The notes beneath the pieces were generated by a model, which did not search any database, was not told the origin of the DNA, and saw nothing but the letters and a program-made list of their open reading frames with translations. Made by a program: the position numbers and the translations under genes. From assembly GCA_963811795.1 (NCBI GenBank), contig CAWESR010000001.1:13344-77343 (forward strand): a stretch of 64,000 bases of DNA. The letters are read 5' to 3'. Below, in pieces: positions 1-9,867 of this stretch (position 1 is the first letter of the stretch; every line of letters begins with the position of its first letter). This DNA comes from an uncultured Alphaproteobacteria bacterium. GTDB taxonomy: Bacteria > Pseudomonadota > Alphaproteobacteria > Rhizobiales > Xanthobacteraceae.

Positions 1-216
1 GTGACGGCGAATTGCATCGCGCCAGGGTTTATCGCAACCCCAATGACGGATGCCCTGAATGAGAAGCAGCGCGAAGCGGTTTTGGGGAAAGTGCCTGCCG
101 GACGGCTCGGCACGCCTGAGGATATTGCCGCTGCGGCAGTTTATCTTGCCTCCAATGAAGCGGCTTACGTCACTGGACAAACACTTCACGTCAATGGTGG
201 AATGGCAATGATTTGA
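1..216 (+). CDS. fabG: 3-oxoacyl-ACP reductase, 3' part (truncated by window start)
   Basis: SDR C-terminus (NCIAPGFIATPMT...GRLGTPEDIA...YVTGQTLHVNGGM); lies upstream of acpP-fabF. Confidence 0.95.
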   Translation: MTANCIAPGFIATPMTDALNEKQREAVLGKVPAGRLGTPEDIAAAAVYLASNEAAYVTGQTLHVNGGMAMI

Positions 217-523
217 GGCTAATATGGCCTATTGTTTGATTTCTGTCTGACAGACCGCCGGGCACTGGTCTTGTGGTCAATTCTGGGGAAGTGTGATAAC
301 CGAACTATTCAGCTGAAGAACGCCATTGCAGGATTTTGAAACCCTGTATATTGCCGTGGCAGCACCAGTTGCTGCCGTTCTTGGGTGTCGTCCTTGGGTG
401 TCGCCGGTTTTAGGCACCAAAGGCATCAGGGAATGCGGCAGGATGTGATTGTATTGATGTACCGCGAGAGCTCTTAATCGTTTTGCGGTCGAGTTTTAAT
501 GGAACAACACGGGGTTTGAAACG

Positions 524-763
524 ATGAGTGAGATTGGCGAGCGGGTTAAGAAAATCGTAGTCGAGCACCTTGGTGTCGAGCCTGAGAAGGTTGTCGATAA
601 TGCGAGCTTCATTGACGATCTTGGCGCCGACAGCCTTGATACGGTTGAACTCGTGATGGCGTTCGAAGAAGAGTTCGGCTGCGAAATTCCTGACGATGCC
701 GCCGAGACAATCCTCACTGTCGGCGATGCGACCAAATTTCTTGAAAAGAACGCAAAGAGCTAA
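524..763 (+). CDS. acpP: acyl carrier protein
   Basis: [20 protein letters not shown] phosphopantetheine motif. Confidence 0.98.
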   Translation: MSEIGERVKKIVVEHLGVEPEKVVDNASFIDDLGADSLDTVELVMAFEEEFGCEIPDDAAETILTVGDATKFLEKNAKS

Positions 764-789
764 CGCTCCTTTGCAGCAGTAGCGAAATT

Positions 790-821
790 CGGTGGGTTGT
801 GATCAACGACCCGCCGTTTTT
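790..821 (+). terminator. probable intrinsic terminator after acpP
   Basis: cggtgggt...acccgccg stem followed by TTTTT. Confidence 0.6.
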
Positions 822-909
822 CTGTTTCATGCCGCCCAGCTTACACTGCATGATAGGCAGAACGGCGTGGTGTGATTGAGATTATGGGTCGCGATCTGGA
901 GTTCGGAAA

Positions 910-2175
910 ATGAGGAGGGTTGTCGTCACAGGCCTTGGCATGGTGTCGCCGCTCGGCTGTGGTGTTGAGCCGACATGGAAGCGTATCCTCAATAGTGAAA
1001 GTGGTGCGAAACGCATCGACACTTTCGACGTGTCCGATCTGACTTGCCAAATCGCATGTGTCGTCCCTCGTGGTGATGGCTCCAATCATACCTTCAATCC
1101 TGATCAGTGGATGGAGCCTAAGGAGCAGCGCAAGGTTGACGATTTCATTGTCTTTGCGATGTCAGCTGCAACGCAGGCGCTGGATGATGCCAACTGGCAC
1201 CCGGTGACAGAAGAAGAGCGTTGCGCCACCGGCACCATGATTGGCTCCGGCATTGGCGGCATCGAAGGCATCGGCGAGGCTGCGGTCATTCTCAAGGAAC
1301 GTGGACCGCGAAAGCTGTCACCGTTTTTTATCCCCGGACGCTTGATCAATCTTGCCTCGGGCTATGTCTCCATCAAGCACGGACTCAAGGGCCCCAACCA
1401 TGCGGTGGTGACGGCCTGTTCGACCGGCGCACACGCCATTGGCGATGCCAGCCGTTTGATCGCGTATGGGGATGCGGACGTCATGGTTGCGGGCGGTGCC
1501 AAATCCGCGGTGAACCGTTTGGCCATGGCTGGTTTTTGCGCCATGCGTGCGATGTCTACCGGCTACAATGACAGGCCAACGTTGGCGTCGCGTCCTTACG
1601 ACAGGGATCGCGATGGCTTTGTGATGGGTGAGGGCGCCGGTGTCGTCGTGCTTGAGGAATACGAGCACGCGAAAAAACGCGGAGCGAAGATTTACGCCGA
1701 GGTGGTTGGTTATGGCTTGTCCGGCGATGCCAATCACATCACGGCACCTGCCGAGGATGGCAATGGCGCATTCCGTTGCATGAGCGCTGCGATAAAGCGT
1801 GCCGGCATGACACCGTCAGATATCGACTACATGAATTCGCACGGCACCTCGACGCCACTTGGCGACGAGATTGAGCTTGGAGCGGCTGAGCGTTTACTTG
1901 GAAACGCGGCATCGACGGTATCGATGTCATCGACCAAGTCCTCGACGGGCCATCTGCTTGGCGCGGCTGGCGCGATCGAGGCGATCTTCTGCATTCTGGC
2001 GATTCGCGATAATGTTGCTCCACCGACGATCAATCTTGATAATCCATCCGTTGAAACCGCGATTGATCTTGTTCCATGGAAGGCGAAGTCACGAGAGATC
2101 AATGTGGCCTTGTCCAATTCCTTCGGTTTCGGAGGCACCAACGCTTCTTTAATTCTCAAGCGTCTGACTAATTAA
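910..2175 (+). CDS. fabF: beta-ketoacyl-ACP synthase II
   Basis: MRRVVVTGLG start, TACSTG, HGTSTPLGD, TGHLLGAAG, SNSFGFGG motifs. Confidence 0.97.
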   Translation: MRRVVVTGLGMVSPLGCGVEPTWKRILNSESGAKRIDTFDVSDLTCQIACVVPRGDGSNHTFNPDQWMEPKEQRKVDDFIVFAMSAATQALDDANWHPVTEEERCATGTMIGSGIGGIEGIGEAAVILKERGPRKLSPFFIPGRLINLASGYVSIKHGLKGPNHAVVTACSTGAHAIGDASRLIAYGDADVMVAGGAKSAVNRLAMAGFCAMRAMSTGYNDRPTLASRPYDRDRDGFVMGEGAGVVVLEEYEHAKKRGAKIYAEVVGYGLSGDANHITAPAEDGNGAFRCMSAAIKRAGMTPSDIDYMNSHGTSTPLGDEIELGAAERLLGNAASTVSMSSTKSSTGHLLGAAGAIEAIFCILAIRDNVAPPTINLDNPSVETAIDLVPWKAKSREINVALSNSFGFGGTNASLILKRLTN

Positions 2176-2371
2176 CAGGATGATGAAACCGAGTTCACGG
2201 TTTCGCCATAATTGGACATAATTCCGGTCAACACGACATGTAGATGGTGATTCGTATCGCCTGGCATGCATATGACTTGCACGCATATGACTTAGTGGTT
2301 CTGACGCGATCCGTATCATGAGTGAATTCGGCCAGAGATGATGTTGGCTGCAGAAATTGTAGGTTGTACGC

Positions 2372-3685
2372 ATGAGTTAAAAACCGCCGATTTCGCCAAA
2401 AAGCCCCCGTGCCGCGTTAGAGCCTGAGCAGGTACCACAGCCGCCCCGGCGCTCGAAGCATGCGCGTCATCCGTTTGTCATCGCCGGCAATGCCATTATG
2501 TCGGTCATGCTTGTTCTAACGATCCTGATCGGTGGCGGCTTTTATTACGGCAAGCAATTGATCGAGGAGAAGGGTCCGCTCCAAGAAGACAAAGTCGTCA
2601 ATATTCCACCGCGCGCGGGTATGACCGACATTGGCGATATATTGCAGCGTACGGGAGTCATCGATTCCGATCGCTGGGTCTTCATTGGAGGTGTTCTGGC
2701 GCTGAATGCGCGGTCCGATTTGAAATCGGGCGAATATCTTTTCCAGAAGAATGCCAGCTTGCGCGATGTCATCAATACCATTGTTGAAGGCAAGGTGGTG
2801 CAGCACACCTTCACAATTCCTGAAGGTTTGACCTCCGAGCAGATCATTGCACGGCTTCAGGACAATGATATTTTCAATGGCTCTATCAAGGAAATGCCGC
2901 GTGAAGGCACATTGCTGCCGGATACCTATAAATTTCCCCGGGGTACGCCGCGCGAGCAAGTCGTCCAGCGCATGCAGCAGGCGCAGAAACGTGCGCTCGG
3001 TGAGATATGGGAACGGCGTAATCCCGAGATACCACTTCGTTCGCCAGAGCAACTGGTGACGCTTGCATCCATCGTCGAGAAGGAAACCGGCAAGGCCGAT
3101 GAGCGGAGCCGTGTTGCCGCCGTTTTTACCAATCGCTTGCGCCAGCGTATCAAGCTTCAGTCAGACCCCACCATCATCTATGGATTGGTTGGGGGCAGGG
3201 GGACGTTGGGTCGCCCGATCAAACGCAGTGAAATTCAGCAGCCTTCGCCTTACAACACCTATGTGATCGAAGGTTTGCCACCAGGGCCGATCGCCAATCC
3301 AGGCCGCGCCTCACTTGAGGCAGTAGCCAATCCTGCGCGCACGCGCGACCTGTTCTTCGTTGCCGACGGAACGGGCGGTCATACGTTTACAGAAACGTAC
3401 GACCAGCATCAGAAAGGTGTAGCAAAACTTCGCGCGATGGAGCGCCAGCAGCAGATCGATACGGCGGAGGATGATGCTCCACCTGTGACGGCTACTGTGC
3501 CTCCGACTGCAACAGTTGCACCGCCTAAGGCAATCGCTGTGCCTAAGGCTGCTCCTAAAAACGCTCCCGCTTCGGCTGCGAACGGCAGCTTGATAACGAA
3601 TGGTATCCCTGCGGCTCCCCGCAAAAAGGTGGCGCCTCGCAACCCGGTTGCTGACGAGGCTCCCGCCGAGGAAACCGAACAGTAA
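2372..3685 (+). CDS. mltG: endolytic transglycosylase MltG (YceG family); likely true start 2372 with an in-frame TAA at codon 3, open ORF from 2498
   Basis: LASIVEKET, LQSDPTIIY, SPYNTY, GLPPGPIANPG motifs; ATG at 2372 is in frame with 2498 and reads MS*KPPISPKSPRAALEPEQ, which resembles the family N-terminus. Confidence 0.9.
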
Positions 3686-3842
3686 GTTTCCATTGGTGGT
3701 TCAAGGTCGTTGCCGGAATGCTGAAAGTGCGCGAACCGGCTGAATGGCGGTTCCCGTTCGGTCTTGCGTACAGCACAGAATTCATGGACAAGCTGAAACG
3801 CGTTCGATTCAGGTGGGCGCATTTGTGACGGAGACTGCCCGC

Positions 3843-4729
3843 ATGGCGCTGTCGAGCATGACCGGCTTTGCGCGAAGCCATGGTACCAGCGGACCCTATG
3901 CGTTCGAATGGGAATTAAAATCTGTCAACGCCAAAGGTTTTGACTTTCGCACGCGACTTCCGCCCGGATGGGACGACATCGAGCCCATCGTGCGCAAGCG
4001 CGCCACGGAGCTTTTGTCCCGTGGCACCGTTTACGCCAACCTCAGCGTCAAGCGGATCAATACCGCCGCTGCAGTGCGCATCAACGAGGATGTGCTGGCC
4101 GCAATTCTCAACATAGCCACCGATCTTTCCAAAAAGACGGGGGCCGCGCCTCCAAGCGTCGATGGACTGTTGGCGATCAAAGGTGTGATCGAGGTTGTGG
4201 AGCCGGAAAGCCTTGAGACCGAAACTCAGGCTGCCAAGGATGTTATCATCGCTTCATTTGAGCAGGCGTTGACCAGCCTGGTCGACATGCGCAAGCGCGA
4301 AGGCATTGCGTTGGCGCAGATCCTGACCCAGCGCATGGATGAGATCGAACGCCTTGCACGCAAGGCCGAGGCTGCGCCAGGGCGCAAGCCAGACGCCATC
4401 AAGGCGCGCCTCACTGAGCAGGTCGCGCTTTTGCTTGAAGCATCGGATCGTTTCGATCCCGACAGGCTAAATCAGGAAGCGATTATGATCGCCACCAAGG
4501 CGGATATTCGCGAAGAGCTTGATCGTATTGCATCGCATATCGCCCAGACCCGCGAAATGATTGGTAAGGGTGGGGCAATGGCCGTCGTCTCGATTTCCTC
4601 GCGCAAGAGTTCAATCGCGAGGTCAATACCTGTTGCTCGAAGTCCAATGACCTTGAACTGACCAATACCGGACTTGAGATGAAAACTGTTGTCGAGCAGT
4701 TTCGCGAGCAGGTCCAGAATTTGGAGTGA
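3843..4729 (+). CDS. yicC: YicC/YloC family endoribonuclease (frameshift near 4579)
   Basis: MALSSMTGFAR start, KADIREELDR; shifted frame gives GRRLDFLAQEFNREVNTCCSKS...FREQVQNLE*. Confidence 0.9.
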
Positions 4730-4732
4730 GTC

Positions 4733-5392
4733 ATGAATCCGGCAGGTGGCAGTTCAAAAGGCGGTGAACGGCGCGGGTTGATGTTCGTACTGTCGTCGCC
4801 GTCGGGGGCAGGCAAATCGACATTGGCGCGGTTGCTTGTCGAGCGCGTATCTGGATTGCGGATGTCGGTCTCAGTGACCACGCGCGCCAAGCGTCCGGGC
4901 GAGGTCGATGGTGAGCATTACCATTTCATCGACAAGACGAAATTTGACGCCATGGCGAAGAACAATGAGCTGCTCGAATTCGCGCCAGTGTTCGACAACC
5001 ATTACGGAACGCCGCGCGCGCCGGTTGAGGCCGCTCTTACTGCGGGACAGGACGTGCTGTTCGACATTGACTGGCAGGGTACGCAACAGCTGCGCGAAAA
5101 GGCGCGGGATGATGTCGTTACCGTTTTCATTCTGCCGCCCTCGGCAGCGGATCTTGAAAAACGTTTGCATACCCGTGCACAGGATCTCGACGAGGTCATT
5201 CGTGGTCGCATGAACCGGGCCAGTCACGAATTGAGCCACTGGGCCGAATATGATTATGTCGTCATTAATACGGACATCGACACTGCTTATGCGGAAGTCG
5301 CGACAATCCTGAATGCGGAGCGCCTCAAACGGGTGCGTCAAACGGGTTTATCGGCATTCGTGCGCGCATTACAGAAGCAGCTAGAGAGCTAA
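4733..5392 (+). CDS. gmk: guanylate kinase
   Basis: SSPSGAGKST P-loop, SVTTRAKRPGEVDG, DIDWQG. Confidence 0.97.
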   Translation: MNPAGGSSKGGERRGLMFVLSSPSGAGKSTLARLLVERVSGLRMSVSVTTRAKRPGEVDGEHYHFIDKTKFDAMAKNNELLEFAPVFDNHYGTPRAPVEAALTAGQDVLFDIDWQGTQQLREKARDDVVTVFILPPSAADLEKRLHTRAQDLDEVIRGRMNRASHELSHWAEYDYVVINTDIDTAYAEVATILNAERLKRVRQTGLSAFVRALQKQLES

Positions 5393-5475
5393 AGAAAAAC
5401 GGCGCTGGACGCCGGCCTGATCGTGATAGCATTGGGAGTGGTGAAGGAAAAGGCGGGCGAGGACTATCCTGAGCC

Positions 5476-5515
5476 TGATAAAAAAAGACCGCTCATGAGC
5501 GGTCTTTTTTTATCA
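5476..5515. terminator. perfect 40-bp palindrome, probable bidirectional terminator
   Basis: tgataaaaaaagaccgctca|tgagcggtctttttttatca between convergent genes, with A7 and T7 tracts. Confidence 0.75.
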
Positions 5516-5521
5516 ATGGTT

Positions 5522-5791
5522 TTACCACCTACCAAAGCTGAGGCCGATGCTTGGACCTCCATAATAACCATAGGCCCGGCGATCGTAATAACCGGGTTCA
5601 CTATAGTAGCTTCGCTGAGTGTAGTAAGGCTTATGAACCCGCCAGCAACGGCCCTGCTTGTTACAGACAATGCGAACATGTTCAACGTTCGAAACTTCTG
5701 ACGTTCCGATGTCGGCGGGATTTATTGGAGCAGCACCAGCCTCGCTAGCAAGAAATGCCACGGCAGCAAACGTAGTAAGAGCGGTCTTCAT
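5522..5791 (-). CDS. small secreted hypothetical protein (Tyr/Gly-rich C-terminus)
   Basis: signal peptide MKTALTTFAAVAFLASEAGA, VRIVCNKQGRCW, RBS ggag upstream. Confidence 0.75.
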   Translation of the reverse strand: MKTALTTFAAVAFLASEAGAAPINPADIGTSEVSNVEHVRIVCNKQGRCWRVHKPYYTQRSYYSEPGYYDRRAYGYYGGPSIGLSFGRW

Positions 5792-5824
5792 GAGGGTCTC
5801 CTTCCTTAATTACTATTACCGAGA

Positions 5825-6782
5825 TTAATCTATCACTTCGATTACGCGCCGCTCCTGCGGCTCTACGACGTAGGTCCGGCTGTCGCGATGTATGAAGCGA
5901 TATTCTCGGAGCGTGGGAGATTTGCGATACACTGCTTCGGGAAGCGCCTCGATTTCGACGCTGTCCGGAATACGTTCTCCCATGCGAACTTCTATTTTAG
6001 ATACGCTGCTGCCGATGGTTCGACCTTCCGCCTGCTGAGCGTGAACATGCTTACGGATAACTTCGCGGTCACGATCCGTAAAATTGGTATGCCGCTGTCC
6101 TTTCGGAGCGGGTGCCGCTGCTGCGGGCCGGCCTGAAGCGGGCAGAATGGTAATAATCTGATAACTGGAAGGGTCAACGATCACGATCTCGTCTTTAACG
6201 AGAACGAAGTTGTAGTTGCGATATTGTGGCACGATTTCAACTATTTCGGCAGGCAAAGGAGACAAACGAATATCGCGGGGAATCGCGGCCCCAACTGAAA
6301 GCGAAAAATTGACATTAGTCAGCGGATGGACATTGAGACGCGCCACCGACTGACTGATGCGAATGCGCTGCTGATCGTTGATATTGACGGAAGCATTGAC
6401 ATTCGTTGAAGACGACTGCGCCGTATTGTTTTGCGTATTGGGCTGCTGAGCCGTGGTGTTATTTCCTTTCGCGTCCGGCGCCTGCTGGGGATGATTGTTA
6501 TTAGCGGTTGGATTGCTGTTTTGATTTTGTGGTTGAGAAGCTTGCGAAGGGGTGTTCGCAGAAGCCGGAGCTTGAGAGGAAGAAGCATTTGGCTGATTAT
6601 TGTTTGCCCCTGACGGAGGCGTCTGTTTTTGCGCGGAGTTTTCTGTCGGATGGGATTGGCTCTGAGGTGCCGGGGGATTTCGAAGGTGAATTTGTAGAAG
6701 ACGTTGGATTTGGCGACTGAGCCAACGCTGCTGTTCCAAGCAGCAGAATCGCATTGGCCGTCAAAAATAAACCTTTGCTCAT
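5825..6782 (-). CDS. DUF1236-like secreted protein with Gln/Asn/Pro-rich linker (frameshift near 6660-6690)
   Basis: signal peptide MSKGLFLTANAILLLGTAALAQ from 6782 in one frame; VGAAIPRDIRLSPLPAEIVEIVPQYRNYNFVLVKDEIVIVDP and a second similar domain in the other frame. Confidence 0.75.
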
Positions 6783-6818
6783 ATCGTCGCTCCTCGTTGA
6801 GAAAATCAACACAGCATC

Positions 6819-6843
6819 AACGTTGATCATTGCTTTTTGTTCC
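6819..6843 (-). promoter_or_regulatory. EcfG (general stress sigma)-type promoter
   Basis: minus strand GGAAC-aaaaagcaatgatcaa (16 nt)-CGTT, 36 nt upstream of the ATG at 6782. Confidence 0.75.
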
Positions 6844-6878
6844 ACAAACGATGAAATCGCGTTTCGCATTAGCAACAG

Positions 6879-6910
6879 TAATTATGTATCAGCACTAATT
6901 ATGTATCAGC
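6879..6910. repeat. tandem 15-bp direct repeat
   Basis: taattatgtatcagc at 6879-6893 and 6896-6910. Confidence 0.85.
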
Positions 6911-7097
6911 GATGTTGAGCTTGACAGAATAACGAAGCGTTTGCATTCGATGTCAGTTTTGCAAATAGCAATCAGACATCAATAAGAAAAGCGAACAAGC
7001 TCTTTGCTAAGAGTAAACAAGCAAGCGCAAAAAGTGTTAGCGCCATTCATAACGATGATCATGAAGGGCTGTGCAGTGAAAAGTAGCTCCAAGAGGT

Positions 7098-7122
7098 GGA
7101 ACTATCGGCACATGTGGCCATT
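7098..7122 (+). promoter_or_regulatory. EcfG-type promoter
   Basis: GGAAC-tatcggcacatgtggc (16 nt)-CATT, 31 nt upstream of the ATG at 7154. Confidence 0.6.
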
Positions 7123-7153
7123 GTAGTTACTCACGACATGGAAGGAAACGTTA

Positions 7154-7390
7154 ATGAAAAAGTTTTTGATTGCCGGTGCGCTTACAACTTTTGCAATTAC
7201 ATCGACATTCGCACAAACAGTTTCATCAACCGAGTTTTATGTTGTTCGCGATGCCACGACTAAAAAATGTACTATCGTCGACAAGAAGCCAACCACAACC
7301 ACCATTACCGTGGTTGATAACGGCACGTTCAAAACTCGAACGGAAGCCGAGACCCAAATGAAGACCATGAAGGTCTGTACGGAAAATTAA
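7154..7390 (+). CDS. small secreted hypothetical protein (2 Cys)
   Basis: signal peptide MKKFLIAGALTTFAITSTFA; FYVVRDATTKKCTIVDKKP...FKTRTEAE...KVC; RBS gaagga. Confidence 0.8.
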   Translation: MKKFLIAGALTTFAITSTFAQTVSSTEFYVVRDATTKKCTIVDKKPTTTTITVVDNGTFKTRTEAETQMKTMKVCTEN

Positions 7391-7421
7391 TTTAAAAAAT
7401 GCCATGTATCATGGCAGTTGC

Positions 7422-7451
7422 CTTGGGCGCCCGTATATAGCGGCGCCCAAG
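7422..7451. terminator. GC-rich hairpin between convergent genes
   Basis: cttgggcgcc...ggcgcccaag 10-bp stem. Confidence 0.5.
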
Positions 7452-7612
7452 TGTTAGAGCGTTGGATCCCGCTAGAACGTAGTCAGTTCGCTCGGTAATA
7501 TGTCCAGCAACTTGTTTAACCCGGCACACTGAGCATCATGCGAGTGCATTGGAAATGGTTGAAGAAAACGCGGGCGGCGAATTTCGTCACCCGCGTTAAA
7601 CAACAACATCAG

Positions 7613-8563
7613 TTACCAGAATTTGATAGTATCATAGACCTTGAAGACAAATTTCCTGGCGGTTGGGTTCACGCTGGGAACTACCCATGTCACCAAGCCG
7701 GCGGCTGTAACCGCGGGTACACCAACAATAGTAGCGGGAACAAAAACGGCGGCCTTGCCCACAGTCTTCAGATCGCTTCCTGTAATGGCACCTGAACCCG
7801 AAGCAGTAGTGAAATCGCCAGATGGAGTTGTAGGCGGTTTGCCGGAATCGGGTGTTGGATTTCCATAAGAAGTCGGGGTGCCATCGCCGTTGAAATGACC
7901 GCCGGTGCCACCGCCGACAATCGAGACAAGGCCTGCGCTGTTACGCGAGCTAACCTGAACGCCCGCAGCTCCGATCCCACTAGCGCCGGCCACGGTGATC
8001 GGGCCATTGAAGGTCTCCGATCGCGTGCCGTTGGTGACGGTGGTCTGGCCGGTCGACTTGTTGTAAGAGACCGCGATGCCGCCCGGGCCGTTATCTATTG
8101 TAGCTGTTCTCACCCCGTTGGTGATGGTCACCGGGCCAGTGCCGCCGACCTTGGGTGTTGCGCCAGCGGTGCCAGCGCCCGCATTCTGGGGCGTCGTGGT
8201 GAGGGCGGCTGACTGCGAGCCCGTCTTGCCCTGAACCGTGTTCTTGGCTGTGACTGCAGGTGTCGTGCCCTGCGTTGTCGTGCTCTGCGAAGCCGTGGTG
8301 CCTGTCTGGTTCTGGTCTTTCTTTTTGTCGGAATACTTGCGGTCCTTCTTGCCAAAGCTGCTTCCGCCGTTACTCCCGCCGTTGTTGTTGAAGCTGTGAT
8401 TCCCATTGTTGTTATTGTTATTGTTGAAACTGTTATTCCCGCTGTTGTTATTGTTGCCGTTATGGTGGCGCGCGAAGGCGCTGTCCGATGCCGCTACCAG
8501 AATGAACCCCGCTGCGACGGTCGCGATGATATGGGTCGTTGTCATATAATTTTGCTTGGGCAT
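7613..8563 (-). CDS. secreted low-complexity (Asn/Gly/Thr-rich) hypothetical protein
   Basis: signal peptide ending SDSAFA, poly-Asn tract, RBS aggag upstream. Confidence 0.7.
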   Translation of the reverse strand: MPKQNYMTTTHIIATVAAGFILVAASDSAFARHHNGNNNNSGNNSFNNNNNNNGNHSFNNNGGSNGGSSFGKKDRKYSDKKKDQNQTGTTASQSTTTQGTTPAVTAKNTVQGKTGSQSAALTTTPQNAGAGTAGATPKVGGTGPVTITNGVRTATIDNGPGGIAVSYNKSTGQTTVTNGTRSETFNGPITVAGASGIGAAGVQVSSRNSAGLVSIVGGGTGGHFNGDGTPTSYGNPTPDSGKPPTTPSGDFTTASGSGAITGSDLKTVGKAAVFVPATIVGVPAVTAAGLVTWVVPSVNPTARKFVFKVYDTIKFW

Positions 8564-8795
8564 GGTTGTCTCCTGTTTGCTGGTCGTCTAAAGGCCAGAT
8601 GGGATTGGTTGGCCGATGTTGAAGACGATCCTAGGAGAGGCGCGCTGAACTCAACCTGAAGCTATTGTTGGCTGAAATTCATCCGGATGAGCAGATATTC
8701 ATAAAACTCAGGCGGCCTGGTGGCAGGCCGCCCAAGGTCATGAAAGGCATGCAAAACTGCGAAATTTATCAAACTGACAGGTTGGCTGTATCGCT

Positions 8796-9854
8796 TTAAT
8801 TCGTCAGCATGATGCGGCCGACGACCTTGCCTGCACGCAATTGATCGATCCATTTCTGGACATCGGCCATTGGCTCTTGCTGCATCGGTGTTGGCTTGAT
8901 CTTGCCGGCACGTGCCAACGCCATCAGTTCCTGCGCTTCCGTGAGCGTGCTTGTCATGAAGCCTTCGATGGTCATGCGCTTGTAAATCCACTGCACCATC
9001 GGCAGATTGAAATTTCCGCCCATCAGGCCCGACACCACAATCTTGCCACCGCGCGCCAGCACTGACATGGCAAAAGCCATCGATTTCTCGTTGCCGGCGA
9101 AATCGACAACCCCGTCGAAGCCGCCTTCGGTTTCCTTGACAATGCGTTTGGTAATATCGGCTTCCGATGGATCGTAAGCAATCGATGCACCGTTTTTCAG
9201 AGCAGTTTCGCGCGCTGAAGCGTTCAAGTCCGCCACCGAAATTTTCTGTTTGAACATCGCTTGTGCGAACGCAAGTCCCATCATGCCGACGCCGCCAAGT
9301 CCGATCAGCAGGAGATTGCGTTGGCGGGGACGATCGACGAGTCTCTTTAACGCGCCATAGGCCGTAGCGCCCGAGCACATGAGAGTGGCGGCCATCTCCA
9401 CCGGCAGCGGATCATATTCAAGCAGATATTTTGCATCCGGCACCAGGACGTGGCTCGCGAATCCGCCATCGATAGACACGCCGAGGAAACGATTGCGCGA
9501 GCAGAGATTTTCATCGCCGTTGAGGCAGTCGGTGCACTTTCCGCAACCGATCCACGGGAACACGGCGCGCTTCTTCCCGATCAAGCTTTTGTCGGCTTCG
9601 GGACCAACTTCTTCGATGATCCCGGCGATCTCATGCCCGAGCGTGAACGGAAGCGTCATGCCGCGCGTGGTGTCGAGCTTCTTGCCGCCGCCGAGATCAG
9701 CATAACCATCCTGGATGTGCAGATCGGAGTGGCATAATCCGCAACATGCAATACGCACCAGAACTTCGCGCCCTTGGGGCTTGGGGGTTTCGATAATGGT
9801 TTCGCAGAGCGGCGCATCGAATTTCACGAGCGACTGGCGGCGCATCACGGTCAT
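8796..9854 (-). CDS. zinc-binding alcohol dehydrogenase (MDR family)
   Basis: CHSDLH, GHE, CGKCTDC...C, GLGGVG motifs; start MTVMRRQ after RBS aagggg. Confidence 0.92.
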   Translation of the reverse strand: MTVMRRQSLVKFDAPLCETIIETPKPQGREVLVRIACCGLCHSDLHIQDGYADLGGGKKLDTTRGMTLPFTLGHEIAGIIEEVGPEADKSLIGKKRAVFPWIGCGKCTDCLNGDENLCSRNRFLGVSIDGGFASHVLVPDAKYLLEYDPLPVEMAATLMCSGATAYGALKRLVDRPRQRNLLLIGLGGVGMMGLAFAQAMFKQKISVADLNASARETALKNGASIAYDPSEADITKRIVKETEGGFDGVVDFAGNEKSMAFAMSVLARGGKIVVSGLMGGNFNLPMVQWIYKRMTIEGFMTSTLTEAQELMALARAGKIKPTPMQQEPMADVQKWIDQLRAGKVVGRIMLTN

Positions 9855-9867
9855 ATCAATTTCCCCT

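Noticed and set aside
380-403. cttgggtgtcg direct repeat upstream of acpP
   Set aside because: Only two 11-bp copies and no known operator match; not CRISPR-like.
1498-1506. FabF GGAKS in place of the usual GGAES (similarly gmk QDL and ppk PLATD)
   Set aside because: These are single-base substitutions in an error-prone sequence and cannot support a functional claim.
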